Assembly: GCA_002780305.1 (NCBI GenBank)
Contig: PEVD01000028.1
Coordinates: 1-48,512 of the forward strand
Length of the DNA stretch: 48,512 nt
Direction of reading: 5' to 3'
From: Candidatus Shapirobacteria bacterium CG03_land_8_20_14_0_80_40_19
GTDB lineage: Bacteria; Patescibacteriota; Microgenomatia; UM-FILTER-40-11
Within the stretch, counting starts at the first letter, position 1; the number at the start of each line of letters is the position of its first letter. The notes under the pieces were generated by a model. The model was given only the letters and a program-made list of their open reading frames with translations, did no database searches and had not been told where the DNA came from. Made by a program: the position numbers and the translations under genes. Shown here piece by piece: positions 9,189-18,350 of this stretch.

Positions 9189-9846
9189 ATTTTTACTCGC
9201 TAAATTTGAAAATCCAACAAAACCGGAAGAATTATTGAAAGAATTTTCTTCGATGGCAAAAAAGTCTAAAGCTTATGATGGAGATTGGCAGGGAGACGGT
9301 TGGGGAATTTCCTGGGTTGACGAAAAAGGTCTTTGGCAAACAAGAAAATCTTTACTCCCGGTTTGGGAAGAGGGAAATACTTTTGAGAGTTTCCCTAAAA
9401 CATTAATTTTGGCGGCTCATGCCAGAAGCGCTTCTTTTCCGAATCAAAAAGGTGTCATTGAATACAATCAACCCTTCGTGGACGAACCTTACGTTTTTGT
9501 TTTTAACGGTTTGTTGAAAAAAGTTTCTCTTTCTTCGCGAATACCCGGAGAAATCGGCAGTCAAAAAATCTGGTTTTTGTTAAGAAAGCTGTTGAAAAGA
9601 TTACCGCCGTTAGAAGCTTTAAAAAAAGTTAAAAATGTTTTGCGTGAAGGCGCGGTTGATCTTCAGGCTCTTAATATCGGTTTGTGTGACAAAAAAAATC
9701 TTTATCTTTTAAATTATTATTCCCAATATCCGGATTATTACCGGCTGTACCTTTTGGATCACCTTGGCAAAAAAATAATTTGTTCAGAAAAACTGGTAGG
9801 GTTTGATGATTTTAAACCATCACCACTGATTGTCCTAAAGTTGTAA
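9181..9846 (+). CDS. Class II glutamine amidotransferase-like Ntn hydrolase (YafJ/EgtC/Dug3-like)
   Basis: N-terminal MCR (Cys nucleophile), DGWGI, AHARSAS, NQPF and FVFNG. Overlaps the lysJ stop by 8 nt. Confidence 0.85.
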   Translation: MCRFLLAKFENPTKPEELLKEFSSMAKKSKAYDGDWQGDGWGISWVDEKGLWQTRKSLLPVWEEGNTFESFPKTLILAAHARSASFPNQKGVIEYNQPFVDEPYVFVFNGLLKKVSLSSRIPGEIGSQKIWFLLRKLLKRLPPLEALKKVKNVLREGAVDLQALNIGLCDKKNLYLLNYYSQYPDYYRLYLLDHLGKKIICSEKLVGFDDFKPSPLIVLKL

Positions 9847-9865
9847 CCCGCTTTGAAAAATTGGT

Positions 9866-9899
9866 ACAAATTCCCAGTGCATATGCACTATTAATTTGT
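9866..9899. repeat. Palindromic element
   Basis: Perfect 14-bp palindrome AGTGCATATGCACT (9876-9889) enclosed by ACAAATT/AATTTGT arms. Confidence 0.7.
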
Positions 9900-10206
9900 C
9901 GTAGTTTTAATTTGACAAATTCTTATCGTACGTACAATTAAAATCTGTCACCTTTTTTGTACCAATAGTATAGAGGACTTTTGGCGGCCTACATAACTTT
10001 TGGCAATTGGTGGTTGGATTTATTTTTGGTTTGTGTTAATCTGGGAATACGTTTAAAATAAATCGCTTGCAGGTAAAACCGTAAAGCAGACCGGCAAGAA
10101 ACGTGATGATTTCGAAGAAAATGTAAATTATCTTGCGAGGCGATATGTTTGAAGATCTCGCAAGATACAAATTTGGAAAGTAGTTGGAAGGAGGGAGGTG
10201 AAGTAA

Positions 10207-10479
10207 ATGTTTAAAGTACAGAAAAAAGACGGAACAATAGAAGATTTTGACCGCAGTAAAATTGTCAATGGTGTGGTTAAGGCCGGATGTACTCCGGAAG
10301 AGGCGGAAAGAGTTGCCGCGGAAATTGAAGTTTGGTTGCCGACGGTTGCCGTTGACGGAGTGGTTCAATCAACCGACCTTCGGACGAAAGGGCTGGAAGT
10401 AATGAGAGTAGTGAATCCAACATGCGCGGCGACTTATGAGTCATATCAGAAGCCGGTAGAAACGCCGCCGGCTCAATAA
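10207..10479 (+). CDS. Stand-alone ATP-cone domain protein
   Basis: MFKVQKKDGTIEDFDRSKI is the ATP-cone signature. Strong SD GGAGGTG upstream. Confidence 0.85.
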   Translation: MFKVQKKDGTIEDFDRSKIVNGVVKAGCTPEEAERVAAEIEVWLPTVAVDGVVQSTDLRTKGLEVMRVVNPTCAATYESYQKPVETPPAQ

Positions 10480-10488
10480 ATTTGTGGA

Positions 10489-10517
10489 TTGATTTAACCT
10501 ATGGGTTTTGTTAAAAT
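10489..10517 (+). promoter_or_regulatory. Promoter of fusA-tuf
   Basis: TTGATT, N17, TAAAAT with extended -10 TG. Confidence 0.55.
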
Positions 10518-10521
10518 AGGG

Positions 10522-10553
10522 ATCTCCGCTTGAAAATTGGCGGAGATTTCTTT
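10522..10553 (+). terminator. Hairpin followed by T-rich tract (terminator of the ATP-cone gene or fusA leader hairpin)
   Basis: ATCTCCGC/GCGGAGAT stem followed by TTCTTT. Confidence 0.45.
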
Positions 10554-10565
10554 AATGACAAAATT

Positions 10566-12662
10566 ATGGCGCAAATAACCAAAACAACACAAAGAGACGT
10601 CCCTCTGGATAAAGTCCGGAATATCGGCATTATCGCCCATATTGACGCCGGTAAGACTACGACTACCGAGCGGATCTTGTTTTATACCGGCAAGACTTAC
10701 AAGTTGGGTAATATTGATGACGGAACCACGGTGACTGACTGGATGGATCAGGAAAGGGAAAGAGGCATCACCATTGTTTCGGCGGCAATTACCACTTTTT
10801 GGAAAGAATGCCGTATCAATATCATCGATACCCCCGGCCACGTTGATTTTACCGCCGAAGTGGAGCGGTCGCTGCGGGTTTTAGACGGCGGGATTACCGT
10901 TTTTGACGCCGAAGAAGGCGTCCAGTCCCAATCAGAAACAGTTTGGCGCCAAGCGGACAAGTATCATGTCCCCCGGTTAATCTTTTTGAATAAAATGGAT
11001 AAGCTTGGGGCCAACTTCAAAGGAACTTTGGAAATGATTAAAGACCGGTTGGGGGTAAAATTGGCAGTTTTGGCTTATCCGATCGGGGCGGAACAAAACT
11101 TTAAGGGGCTAATTTTACTTTTGGAGAAAAAAGCTCTCTATTGGGACCAGGATGCCACCGGCATTAATTTCGAGGAAAAAGAAATCCCCGCCGAGATGCA
11201 GGCAGAGATTGCCCAAGCCCGGCATGAGCTGATTGAACAGATTTGCGCCGAAGATGAAACCTTACTGGAAAAATATTTGAAAGGAGAAGAGCCAACCCTG
11301 CCGGAATTAAAAGCTTCTTTAAGGCAGTCCGTCATTGCTTATAAATTGGTCCCCGTTTACAGCGGTTCTTCCCTGCGTAATAAAGGAGTCCAGCCGCTTC
11401 TTGACGGAGTAATCGATTTTCTTCCCTCTCCTTTAGATGTCCCCCCGGTTTTAGGCATTAATCCTAAAACAGGAGAACAGGAATCCAGAGGGCCAACAAA
11501 AGAAGAACCGCTTTCCGCCCTGGCTTTCAAAATCCAGGTTGACCCGCACGTAGGAAAATTAACTTATTTGCGGATTTATTCCGGAGTATTGAAAGCCGGT
11601 TCCACTGTTTACAATTCAATCAAAAAAGATGAGGAAAGAATCGGCCGTTTGCTTTTAATGCATGCTGATAAAAAGGAAGAAATTATGGAAGGATACGCCG
11701 GTGAAATTGTGGCGGCCATTGGGTTGACCAAAACCGGTACCGGCGATACGCTTTGCGACCATACCAAACCAATAATACTGGAGTCAATTAAGTTCCCCGA
11801 GCCGGTGATTTCTCTGGCAATTGAGCCGAAAACAAAGGCGGATCAGGAAAAATTAGGCCTTGCTCTCAACCGTCTTGCCGAAGAAGACCCGACTTTTAAA
11901 GTAAAAATTAATCATGAAACCGGCCAGACGATTATTGCCGGAATGGGTGAGTTGCATTTGGAAATTTTGACGGAAAGAATGAGGCGTGAGTTTGGCGTTG
12001 ACGCCACCACCGGCGCCCCCCAAGTTGCCTACAAAGAAACCATTACCAAAATTGCCGAGGGTGAGGGTAAATATATTCATCAATCGGGAGGCCATGGCCA
12101 GTATGGTCATTGTTGGCTGAGGGTTGAACCAAAACCGAGGGGCGAAGGCTATGAATTTGTTTCAGAAGTTAAAGGCGGGGCGATCCCGGCCAACTTTATT
12201 CCGCCGATTGAAAAAGGAGCCAAAGAAGCGATGGAAAACGGAGTTTTAGCCGGTTTTCCCGTAGTTGATGTGAAGGTAGTTGTTTATGACGGGTCATTTC
12301 ATGAGGTCGATTCTTCGGAAATTGCTTTTAAAATTGCCGGGTCGCAGGCGCTCCGGACGGCGGTGCGAAATGCCGGTTTGACCCTGCTTGAGCCGATCAT
12401 GAAGGTGGAAGTGACCACCCCGGAAGAATTTATGGGTCCGGTAATCGGCGATCTTTCCAGCCGGAGAGCGCAAATAATGGGGACGGAAATCCGGGGGAAT
12501 GCCAGAATTGTTATCGCTTTAGTCCCGTTGGCGGAGATTTCCGGATACTCAACTACACTGCGCAGTTTGAGCCAGGGAAGGGCCAATTATTATATGGAAC
12601 CTTCGCATTACCAGGAGGTTCCCAAAAGCGTTATTGAAACGATTGTTGCAAAAAGAGCCTGA
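10566..12662 (+). CDS. fusA: Elongation factor G
   Basis: RNIGIIAHIDAGKTTTTERIL, DTPGHVDF, GMGELHL. ATG at 10566. Confidence 0.98.
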   Translation: MAQITKTTQRDVPLDKVRNIGIIAHIDAGKTTTTERILFYTGKTYKLGNIDDGTTVTDWMDQERERGITIVSAAITTFWKECRINIIDTPGHVDFTAEVERSLRVLDGGITVFDAEEGVQSQSETVWRQADKYHVPRLIFLNKMDKLGANFKGTLEMIKDRLGVKLAVLAYPIGAEQNFKGLILLLEKKALYWDQDATGINFEEKEIPAEMQAEIAQARHELIEQICAEDETLLEKYLKGEEPTLPELKASLRQSVIAYKLVPVYSGSSLRNKGVQPLLDGVIDFLPSPLDVPPVLGINPKTGEQESRGPTKEEPLSALAFKIQVDPHVGKLTYLRIYSGVLKAGSTVYNSIKKDEERIGRLLLMHADKKEEIMEGYAGEIVAAIGLTKTGTGDTLCDHTKPIILESIKFPEPVISLAIEPKTKADQEKLGLALNRLAEEDPTFKVKINHETGQTIIAGMGELHLEILTERMRREFGVDATTGAPQVAYKETITKIAEGEGKYIHQSGGHGQYGHCWLRVEPKPRGEGYEFVSEVKGGAIPANFIPPIEKGAKEAMENGVLAGFPVVDVKVVVYDGSFHEVDSSEIAFKIAGSQALRTAVRNAGLTLLEPIMKVEVTTPEEFMGPVIGDLSSRRAQIMGTEIRGNARIVIALVPLAEISGYSTTLRSLSQGRANYYMEPSHYQEVPKSVIETIVAKRA

Positions 12663-12703
12663 ATTTGGTATATTGGTAAAGATATTGACTTTGAAGGTGG
12701 ACA

Positions 12704-12808
12704 GTAGAAAATAGAAGCTGGATTTTTGAAACTGGAAGATAGAAGGTGGAAGTCTACCTTCTGATTTCTAACTTCAAGATCTAACTTCAAGTTTCTGTAG
12801 TCTATCGT
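12704..12808. repeat. Inverted array of degenerate heptamer repeats
   Basis: GTAGAAA ATAGAAG CTGGATT...GTGGAAG followed by complementary TCTACCT TCTGATT TCTAACT units. Confidence 0.7.
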
Positions 12809-12842
12809 CAAAAATTATTTATATTATTTATAGGAGGAACAA

Positions 12843-14039
12843 ATGGCAGAAGCATCAAAAACATTCGTGCGGAACAAACCGCATTTAAATATCGGTACCA
12901 TCGGTCACGTTGACCATGGAAAAACCACTCTTTCGGCCGCGATCAGCACGGTTTTAGCCAAACAACCGGGTAGCACGACTAAAGCTTACGGATTTTTCGA
13001 TATTGACAATGCTCCGGAAGAAAAAGAAAGAGGAGTGACCATCAATATTTCCCACATTGAGTACGAAACTGAAAAGAGACACTACGCTCATATCGACTGT
13101 CCCGGCCATGCCGACTATATTAAGAATATGATTACCGGGGCAGCCCAAATGGATGGAGCGATTTTGGTCGTTTCCGCCCCTGACGGCCCGATGCCGCAAA
13201 CCAAAGAGCATTTGTTGCTGGCCAAACAAGTCAATGTGCCGGCCTTGGTTGTTTTTTTGAATAAATGCGATATGGTTGACGATCCGGAACTGCTGGATTT
13301 GGTGGAAATGGAAATAAGGGAGCTTTTAACCAAATATCAATTCCCCGGAGATAAGACTCCGATTATCCGCGGATCGGCGCTGAAAGCGCTTGAGGGAGAT
13401 GCCGAGGCAGAAAAAGGGATTTTAGAGTTAATGAAACAGGTAGATGAATTTATTCCGGAGCCGGCAAGGGAACTTGATAAGCCTTTCTTAATGCCGGTGG
13501 AGGATGTTTTTTCTATCAAGGGCCGGGGTACGGTGGTTACCGGAAGAATTGGCCGCGGCGTGGTCAAAGTCAATGAAGAAGTTGAAATTGTCGGCATCCG
13601 CCCGACCAAAAAGTCAGTGGTGACAGGGGTGGAAATGTTCCGCAAAACCTTAGACCAGGGCCAGGCGGGCGACAATGTCGGACTTCTTCTTAGGGGAATA
13701 GAAAAAGAGGATGTTGAAAGAGGCCAAGTTGTGGCTAAACCGGGTTCGGTTACTCCTCATACTAAATTTGAGGCGGAAGTCTATATTTTAACCAAGGAAG
13801 AAGGAGGAAGGCATACGCCGTTCTTTTCCGGATACCGGCCTCAATTCTATGTTCGGACAACCGATGTGACCGGAACCGTGGCTCTTCCCACCGGAGTTGA
13901 GATGGTTATGCCCGGAGACAATGCCAAGATGACCATTGAACTGATTGTTCCGGTGGCAATGGAAGAAGGCTTGCGATTTGCTATCAGGGAAGGCGGTCAT
14001 ACGGTCGGAGCCGGCGCAATCTCGAAAATATTGGCATAA
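12843..14039 (+). CDS. tuf: Elongation factor Tu
   Basis: [32 protein letters not shown]. Confidence 0.99.
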   Translation: MAEASKTFVRNKPHLNIGTIGHVDHGKTTLSAAISTVLAKQPGSTTKAYGFFDIDNAPEEKERGVTINISHIEYETEKRHYAHIDCPGHADYIKNMITGAAQMDGAILVVSAPDGPMPQTKEHLLLAKQVNVPALVVFLNKCDMVDDPELLDLVEMEIRELLTKYQFPGDKTPIIRGSALKALEGDAEAEKGILELMKQVDEFIPEPARELDKPFLMPVEDVFSIKGRGTVVTGRIGRGVVKVNEEVEIVGIRPTKKSVVTGVEMFRKTLDQGQAGDNVGLLLRGIEKEDVERGQVVAKPGSVTPHTKFEAEVYILTKEEGGRHTPFFSGYRPQFYVRTTDVTGTVALPTGVEMVMPGDNAKMTIELIVPVAMEEGLRFAIREGGHTVGAGAISKILA

Positions 14040-14053
14040 TTAATTTAGAAAAA

Positions 14054-14088
14054 CAAGGAGTCTCCTTAAGTATTCAAGGAGACTCCCT
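14054..14088. repeat. REP-like doublet hairpin (AAGGAG-T-CTCCTT family)
   Basis: GGAGTCTCCTT 14057-14067 pairs with AAGGAGACTCC 14076-14086. The same core recurs at 32154-32172. Confidence 0.7.
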
Positions 14089-14114
14089 AAAGAAAATAAA
14101 AAGAACTTTAAAAA

Positions 14115-14423
14115 ATGGATAAAGGTCGAATAAGGATAAGACTAAAATCATATGATCATCGGGTGGTTGATGAAGCGGCAGCAAAAATTGTTGAAACTGC
14201 CATGCTTAGTGGGGCTAAAGTAACCGGCCCTATTCCTTTGCCGACCGGAAGAAAGCTGATAGTTGTCCTTACCAGTCCGCATACCGACAAGGACGCCAGA
14301 GATCAGTATGAAATGCTGACCCACAAAAGGCTTATTGATATTACTTCTCCGACGCAAAAAACAATCGAAAGCCTTCAGCACATGGAATTGCCTGCCGGGG
14401 TTGATATCGAGATCAAAATGTAA
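14115..14423 (+). CDS. rpsJ: 30S ribosomal protein S10
   Basis: [25 protein letters not shown]. Confidence 0.98.
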   Translation: MDKGRIRIRLKSYDHRVVDEAAAKIVETAMLSGAKVTGPIPLPTGRKLIVVLTSPHTDKDARDQYEMLTHKRLIDITSPTQKTIESLQHMELPAGVDIEIKM

Positions 14424-14512
14424 TATAATCTTAATGATGTTGGAGGAAAAAATCTTTTAACTTTATTTTTTTAGGGTTAGTAAAAAGAGCGTTTCCAACG
14501 CTCTTTATTTTT
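14401..14512 (+). promoter_or_regulatory. Internal promoter plus terminator/antiterminator-like leader of rplC
   Basis: TTGATA 14401-14406, N17, TATAAT 14424-14429. Stem AAAGAGCGTT/AACGCTCTTT 14484-14506 plus T tract. GTTGGA 14439-14444 is complementary to TCCAAC 14494-14499. Confidence 0.55.
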
Positions 14513-14519
14513 GGAAAAA

Positions 14520-14945
14520 ATGAAATCAGTAATTGTGGCCAAATCAGAAATGCAAACCGTCTTTGATAAAGACGGGCAGGCTTTTGCCGCGACCGGTCTT
14601 ATCGCCCGGCCTTGGGTGGAGGATTTTAATCTTGGGGATATGGTTTCCGTAACCGGTATTTCCAAAGGAAAAGGCTTTGCCGGGGTGGTTAAAAGATGGC
14701 ATTTTAAAGGCGGACCGAGGACTCATGGCCAGTCGGATCGGGAAAGAGCCCCGGGTTCCAGCGGTCCAACCACGACTCCGGGGAAGGTTCATAAGGGAAG
14801 CCGCCGGCCGGGAAGAATGGGGAGTGAAAAAGTTACCGTTAAAAATCTTGAAATTTTGAAAGTTGATTCGGAGGCTAATTTTATATGGGTAAAAGGAGCT
14901 GTTCCGGGGAGAAAGGGCGCCTTTTTGGTTATTAGTAAAATCTAG
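14520..14945 (+). CDS. rplC: 50S ribosomal protein L3 (internally shortened, 141 aa)
   Basis: [41 protein letters not shown]. Confidence 0.95.
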   Translation: MKSVIVAKSEMQTVFDKDGQAFAATGLIARPWVEDFNLGDMVSVTGISKGKGFAGVVKRWHFKGGPRTHGQSDRERAPGSSGPTTTPGKVHKGSRRPGRMGSEKVTVKNLEILKVDSEANFIWVKGAVPGRKGAFLVISKI

Positions 14946-15581
14946 ATGAAAAGCGTTAAATTAGTGTCCATTAATCAGCAGGCGGAGAAAGCCGGCGAGA
15001 AAACCGTCGGGGTGGATTTTTTTGGCATCCGGTCCAATCCGGTTTTAGTTTCCCAGTCGGTAAGGAAATTTTTGAGTAATCAAAGAAAGGGTTACGGGAA
15101 GGCCAAAACCCGTGGGCAAGTTAACGGCAGCGGAGTGAAAATTTGGAATCAAAAGGGGACGGGACGAGCCAGGCACGGTGATAGACAGGCGCCAATCTTT
15201 GTCGGCGGAGGCAAGGCCCATGGACCGACCGGGAGGCAAAAATACAGCCTGCGGCTTAACCAAAAAATGAATCAAAAAGCGATCTATTCCGTTTTAAGCT
15301 CAAAACTTGAAGAGAAAAATCTCTATTTATTGGAAAATTTTAAGATTACTAAAACAAAAGAAGCCTCTTCTTTTTTGGAAAAGGCGAGAAAAAATCTGAA
15401 ATTAGAAGGGAAAGTGATGATATTGCATGGCCCAAAAGAAGAAATAGTTAAATATTTTCGTAATTTGGTACGAACAGAAGTGCTTAACGCGGCGAATATT
15501 AATGTTTATCGGCTTCTTAAGGCGGGGTCGCTTTTAATTACTCAGGGTGGGCTGGCGGAGATTGTTAAAGAAAATGATTAA
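14946..15581 (+). CDS. rplD: 50S ribosomal protein L4
   Basis: KTRGQV.GSG.KIWNQKGTGRARHG. Confidence 0.97.
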   Translation: MKSVKLVSINQQAEKAGEKTVGVDFFGIRSNPVLVSQSVRKFLSNQRKGYGKAKTRGQVNGSGVKIWNQKGTGRARHGDRQAPIFVGGGKAHGPTGRQKYSLRLNQKMNQKAIYSVLSSKLEEKNLYLLENFKITKTKEASSFLEKARKNLKLEGKVMILHGPKEEIVKYFRNLVRTEVLNAANINVYRLLKAGSLLITQGGLAEIVKEND

Positions 15582-15858
15582 ATTTGAACCCATTATCACC
15601 GAAACAACCATTGCCAATGCTCAAAAAAATTGGTTCACCTTCCGGGCCTTACCCTTGGAAAACAAAAATAGTCTAAAAGAAAAAATTGAAAAAACGTTTA
15701 AAGTTGATGTTTTGGCGGTAAAAACAATGGTTATGAAAGGGAAAAACAAAAGATCGCTGAAAAGCAGGAAAATCATCAAGCAGGGCGACTGGAAAAAAGT
15801 TCTGGTCAGATTAAAAGACGGCCAAAAAATTGATTTGTTTGAACTGGGGGGGAAGTGA
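15574..15858 (+). CDS. rplW: 50S ribosomal protein L23
   Basis: PIITE, WKKVLVRL, and operon position. Confidence 0.93.
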   Translation: MIKFEPIITETTIANAQKNWFTFRALPLENKNSLKEKIEKTFKVDVLAVKTMVMKGKNKRSLKSRKIIKQGDWKKVLVRLKDGQKIDLFELGGK

Positions 15859-15863
15859 AATAA

Positions 15864-16607
15864 ATGGCAAACAAGCTGAAAAAAATATTAAAAAAGAAGG
15901 GCGGCCGGGATAATGCGGGGCGTGTTTCCGTCCAGCACCAAGGCGGAGGCAGTAAGAATTTTTTGCGGAAAATTGATTTTAAAAGGGAAAAAGAAAACAT
16001 TGTCGGGACTGTCCGGGCCATAGAGTATGATCCTAACCGCAATGTTCAAATCGGCTTAATTTACTATTCGGACGGCGAAAAAAGATATATCCTTTTGCCG
16101 CTCGGGTTAAATATCGGTGACCAGATTGTTTCCGGAAGTGACGTGGAAGTAAAACTGGGCAATTGTCTGCCCCTTTCCGGTATTCCCATTGGAACACCGT
16201 TTCATAATTTGGAATTGTCTCCGGGAAGGGGCGGCCAGATGTTGAGAAGTGCCGGGACAATGGCCTTGATTTTATCCAAAGAAGCGGGGATGGCTCAAAT
16301 TAAGCTTCCTTCGGGGGAAACAAGGTTTTTTTCTTTATTGTGCAAAGCAACTATCGGTCAGCTGGCCAATACTGACCAAAAACTTAAAAAATTAAGAAAA
16401 GCGGGAGATAGCCGGCATCGGGGGATCAGACCAACAGTTAGGGGTGTCGCGAAAAATCCCCATTCCCATCCGCACGGAGGAGGAGAAGGCCGCAGTGGAA
16501 TAGGAATGCCCGGACCGAAAACTCCTTGGGGTAAACCGGCCCGGGGTAAAAAAACCAGAAAAAGAGTAAAATACAGCGACAAATTTATTATTAAAAGAAG
16601 AAATTAA
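15864..16607 (+). CDS. rplB: 50S ribosomal protein L2 (N-terminally short)
   Basis: [25 protein letters not shown]. Confidence 0.98.
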   Translation: MANKLKKILKKKGGRDNAGRVSVQHQGGGSKNFLRKIDFKREKENIVGTVRAIEYDPNRNVQIGLIYYSDGEKRYILLPLGLNIGDQIVSGSDVEVKLGNCLPLSGIPIGTPFHNLELSPGRGGQMLRSAGTMALILSKEAGMAQIKLPSGETRFFSLLCKATIGQLANTDQKLKKLRKAGDSRHRGIRPTVRGVAKNPHSHPHGGGEGRSGIGMPGPKTPWGKPARGKKTRKRVKYSDKFIIKRRN

Positions 16608-16615
16608 TAAAAAAT

Positions 16616-16900
16616 ATGGGAAGATCAAGCAAAAAAGGACCGTATTTGGATGAAAATTTGGTTAAAAAAGTCGCGGCCCAGAAAGCGGCTGGGAAAAAAG
16701 AGCCGATTAAAACTTGGGCGAGATCGTCACAACTTTCCCCCGAGTTTGTCGGCTACACTTTTTTGGTCCATAACGGGCGTGCCTTTATTAGTGTTTTTGT
16801 GACCGAAGACATGGTTGGACACCGGTTGGGTGAATTTTCACCCACTAGGACTTTTAGGGGCCATGGCCAAGTGGTAAAGAGAACTATGGACAAAACATAG
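16616..16900 (+). CDS. rpsS: 30S ribosomal protein S19
   Basis: [21 protein letters not shown]. Confidence 0.98.
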   Translation: MGRSSKKGPYLDENLVKKVAAQKAAGKKEPIKTWARSSQLSPEFVGYTFLVHNGRAFISVFVTEDMVGHRLGEFSPTRTFRGHGQVVKRTMDKT

Positions 16901-16922
16901 TAAATAATCCCTTGCAAATAAT

Positions 16923-17321
16923 ATGGAAATAAAAGCGAATGTTAGTTTTATCAGAATGAGCGCTCAGAAATTGAGACTGCTGACTGACGGTTTAAGAAAT
17001 TTAAGCCCCAAAGCGGCAATGCAAAAATTGCAGTTTCATCCTCAAAAAGGAAAGATTTTTTTTGAGAAATTGATAAAACAAGCAGTTGCCAATGCCGTCA
17101 ATAATTTTAAATTGTCTGAAGAAAATTTATTTATTAAACGGCTTGAAGTTAACGATGGTCCGGGCTTGAAAAGAATGGATAAATCTCACGGAGCGAGGTT
17201 TGACCGAGGGATGATTAAGAAAAGAAGCTCAAAACTGCTTTTGGTTTTAGACGAAAGAGAAGCAAAAAAAGTAGAAGTTATTAAGAAAAAAGAAGGAAAA
17301 ATCCATGGGACAAAAAATTAA
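16923..17321 (+). CDS. rplV: 50S ribosomal protein L22
   Basis: IRMSAQKLR, AVANAVNN, VNDGPGLKR, and operon position. Confidence 0.93.
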   Translation: MEIKANVSFIRMSAQKLRLLTDGLRNLSPKAAMQKLQFHPQKGKIFFEKLIKQAVANAVNNFKLSEENLFIKRLEVNDGPGLKRMDKSHGARFDRGMIKKRSSKLLLVLDEREAKKVEVIKKKEGKIHGTKN

Positions 17322-17955
17322 CCCTATCATTTTTAGGATCGGTAGTAAATATTCTTGGAGTTCTATTTGGTTTGCCGATCATAAGGCTTTCAAAAAGACC
17401 CTGCTTGAAGATATTGCTTTAAGGAAATTCTTGATGGATAGGCTTAAATTGGCCGGAATCATTGGGGTAAAGATTGAAAGATCAATAAATAAAATAAAAA
17501 TTACCCCCCAAGTTACCCGTCCTGGGGTAGTTATCGGCCGGGGAGGAAGTGGATTGGAAGAGCTTAAAAAACAGCTCTGCAAAATGGTTTTTCTGCCCGA
17601 TCCGGAGAAAAATTTAGAAATTTCACCCCAAGAGATAAAGAATCCTGATATTTCGGCCTATTTTGTGGCCCAGAAAATTTCGGAACAGATTGCCAAGAGA
17701 ATGCCCTATAGACAAGCGGTAAGAAGAGCAAGGGAAAGGACGATGACCGCCGGGGCAAAAGGGATTAAAATTGCCTTGTCCGGCCGGATTGCCGGAGCGG
17801 AGATTGCCCGCACGCAGAAATATACAAATGGTTCAATTCCCCTTCAAACCCTGCGGGCAAAAATAGATTTTGCCGATGTGCCCTCACTTACCCGGTCCGG
17901 TTATGTCGGGGTTAAAGTTTGGATAAACCAAGGAGAAAAAGATGTTATCGCCTAA
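17305..17955 (+). CDS. rpsC: 30S ribosomal protein S3
   Basis: MGQKINP, RPGVVIGRGG, IPLQTLRA.ID. Confidence 0.98.
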   Translation: MGQKINPIIFRIGSKYSWSSIWFADHKAFKKTLLEDIALRKFLMDRLKLAGIIGVKIERSINKIKITPQVTRPGVVIGRGGSGLEELKKQLCKMVFLPDPEKNLEISPQEIKNPDISAYFVAQKISEQIAKRMPYRQAVRRARERTMTAGAKGIKIALSGRIAGAEIARTQKYTNGSIPLQTLRAKIDFADVPSLTRSGYVGVKVWINQGEKDVIA

Positions 17956-18346
17956 AAGACAAAAATTTCGAAAAGTGTTTCGGGGAAAGAATAAAGGGTT
18001 TTCAACCCGGGGCTCAAGTTTAGCCTTTGGTGAGTTTGGACTGAAAGCTATTGGAAGAGCACTCATTTCTGCCAACCAGATAGAGGCTTCCCGAAAAGCA
18101 ATTAGCCATTATACCAAAAGAGAAGGAAAAGTCTGGATTAGGATTTTTCCCCACCGGCCAATTACCGCCAAAGGAGCCGGTGTGGGCATGGGGGCCGGTA
18201 AGGGAGACGTGACCGGGTATGTTGCGGTAGTCCCGCCGGGAAAAATGTTATTTGAGCTTTCCGGTATTTCGGAAGAAGTCGCCAGGGAAGCTTTTACCAG
18301 AGCGAGTTCAAAATTGCCCATTCCCACAAAATTTATGAAGAAATAA
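17942..18346 (+). CDS. rplP: 50S ribosomal protein L16
   Basis: MLSPKRQKFRK, WIRIFP, MGAGKG. Confidence 0.98.
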   Translation: MLSPKRQKFRKVFRGKNKGFSTRGSSLAFGEFGLKAIGRALISANQIEASRKAISHYTKREGKVWIRIFPHRPITAKGAGVGMGAGKGDVTGYVAVVPPGKMLFELSGISEEVAREAFTRASSKLPIPTKFMKK

Positions 18347-18350
18347 TAAA

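Noticed and set aside
10036-10368. 110-aa minus-strand ORF
   Set aside because: Antisense to the ATP-cone gene and its structured leader, with no motif.
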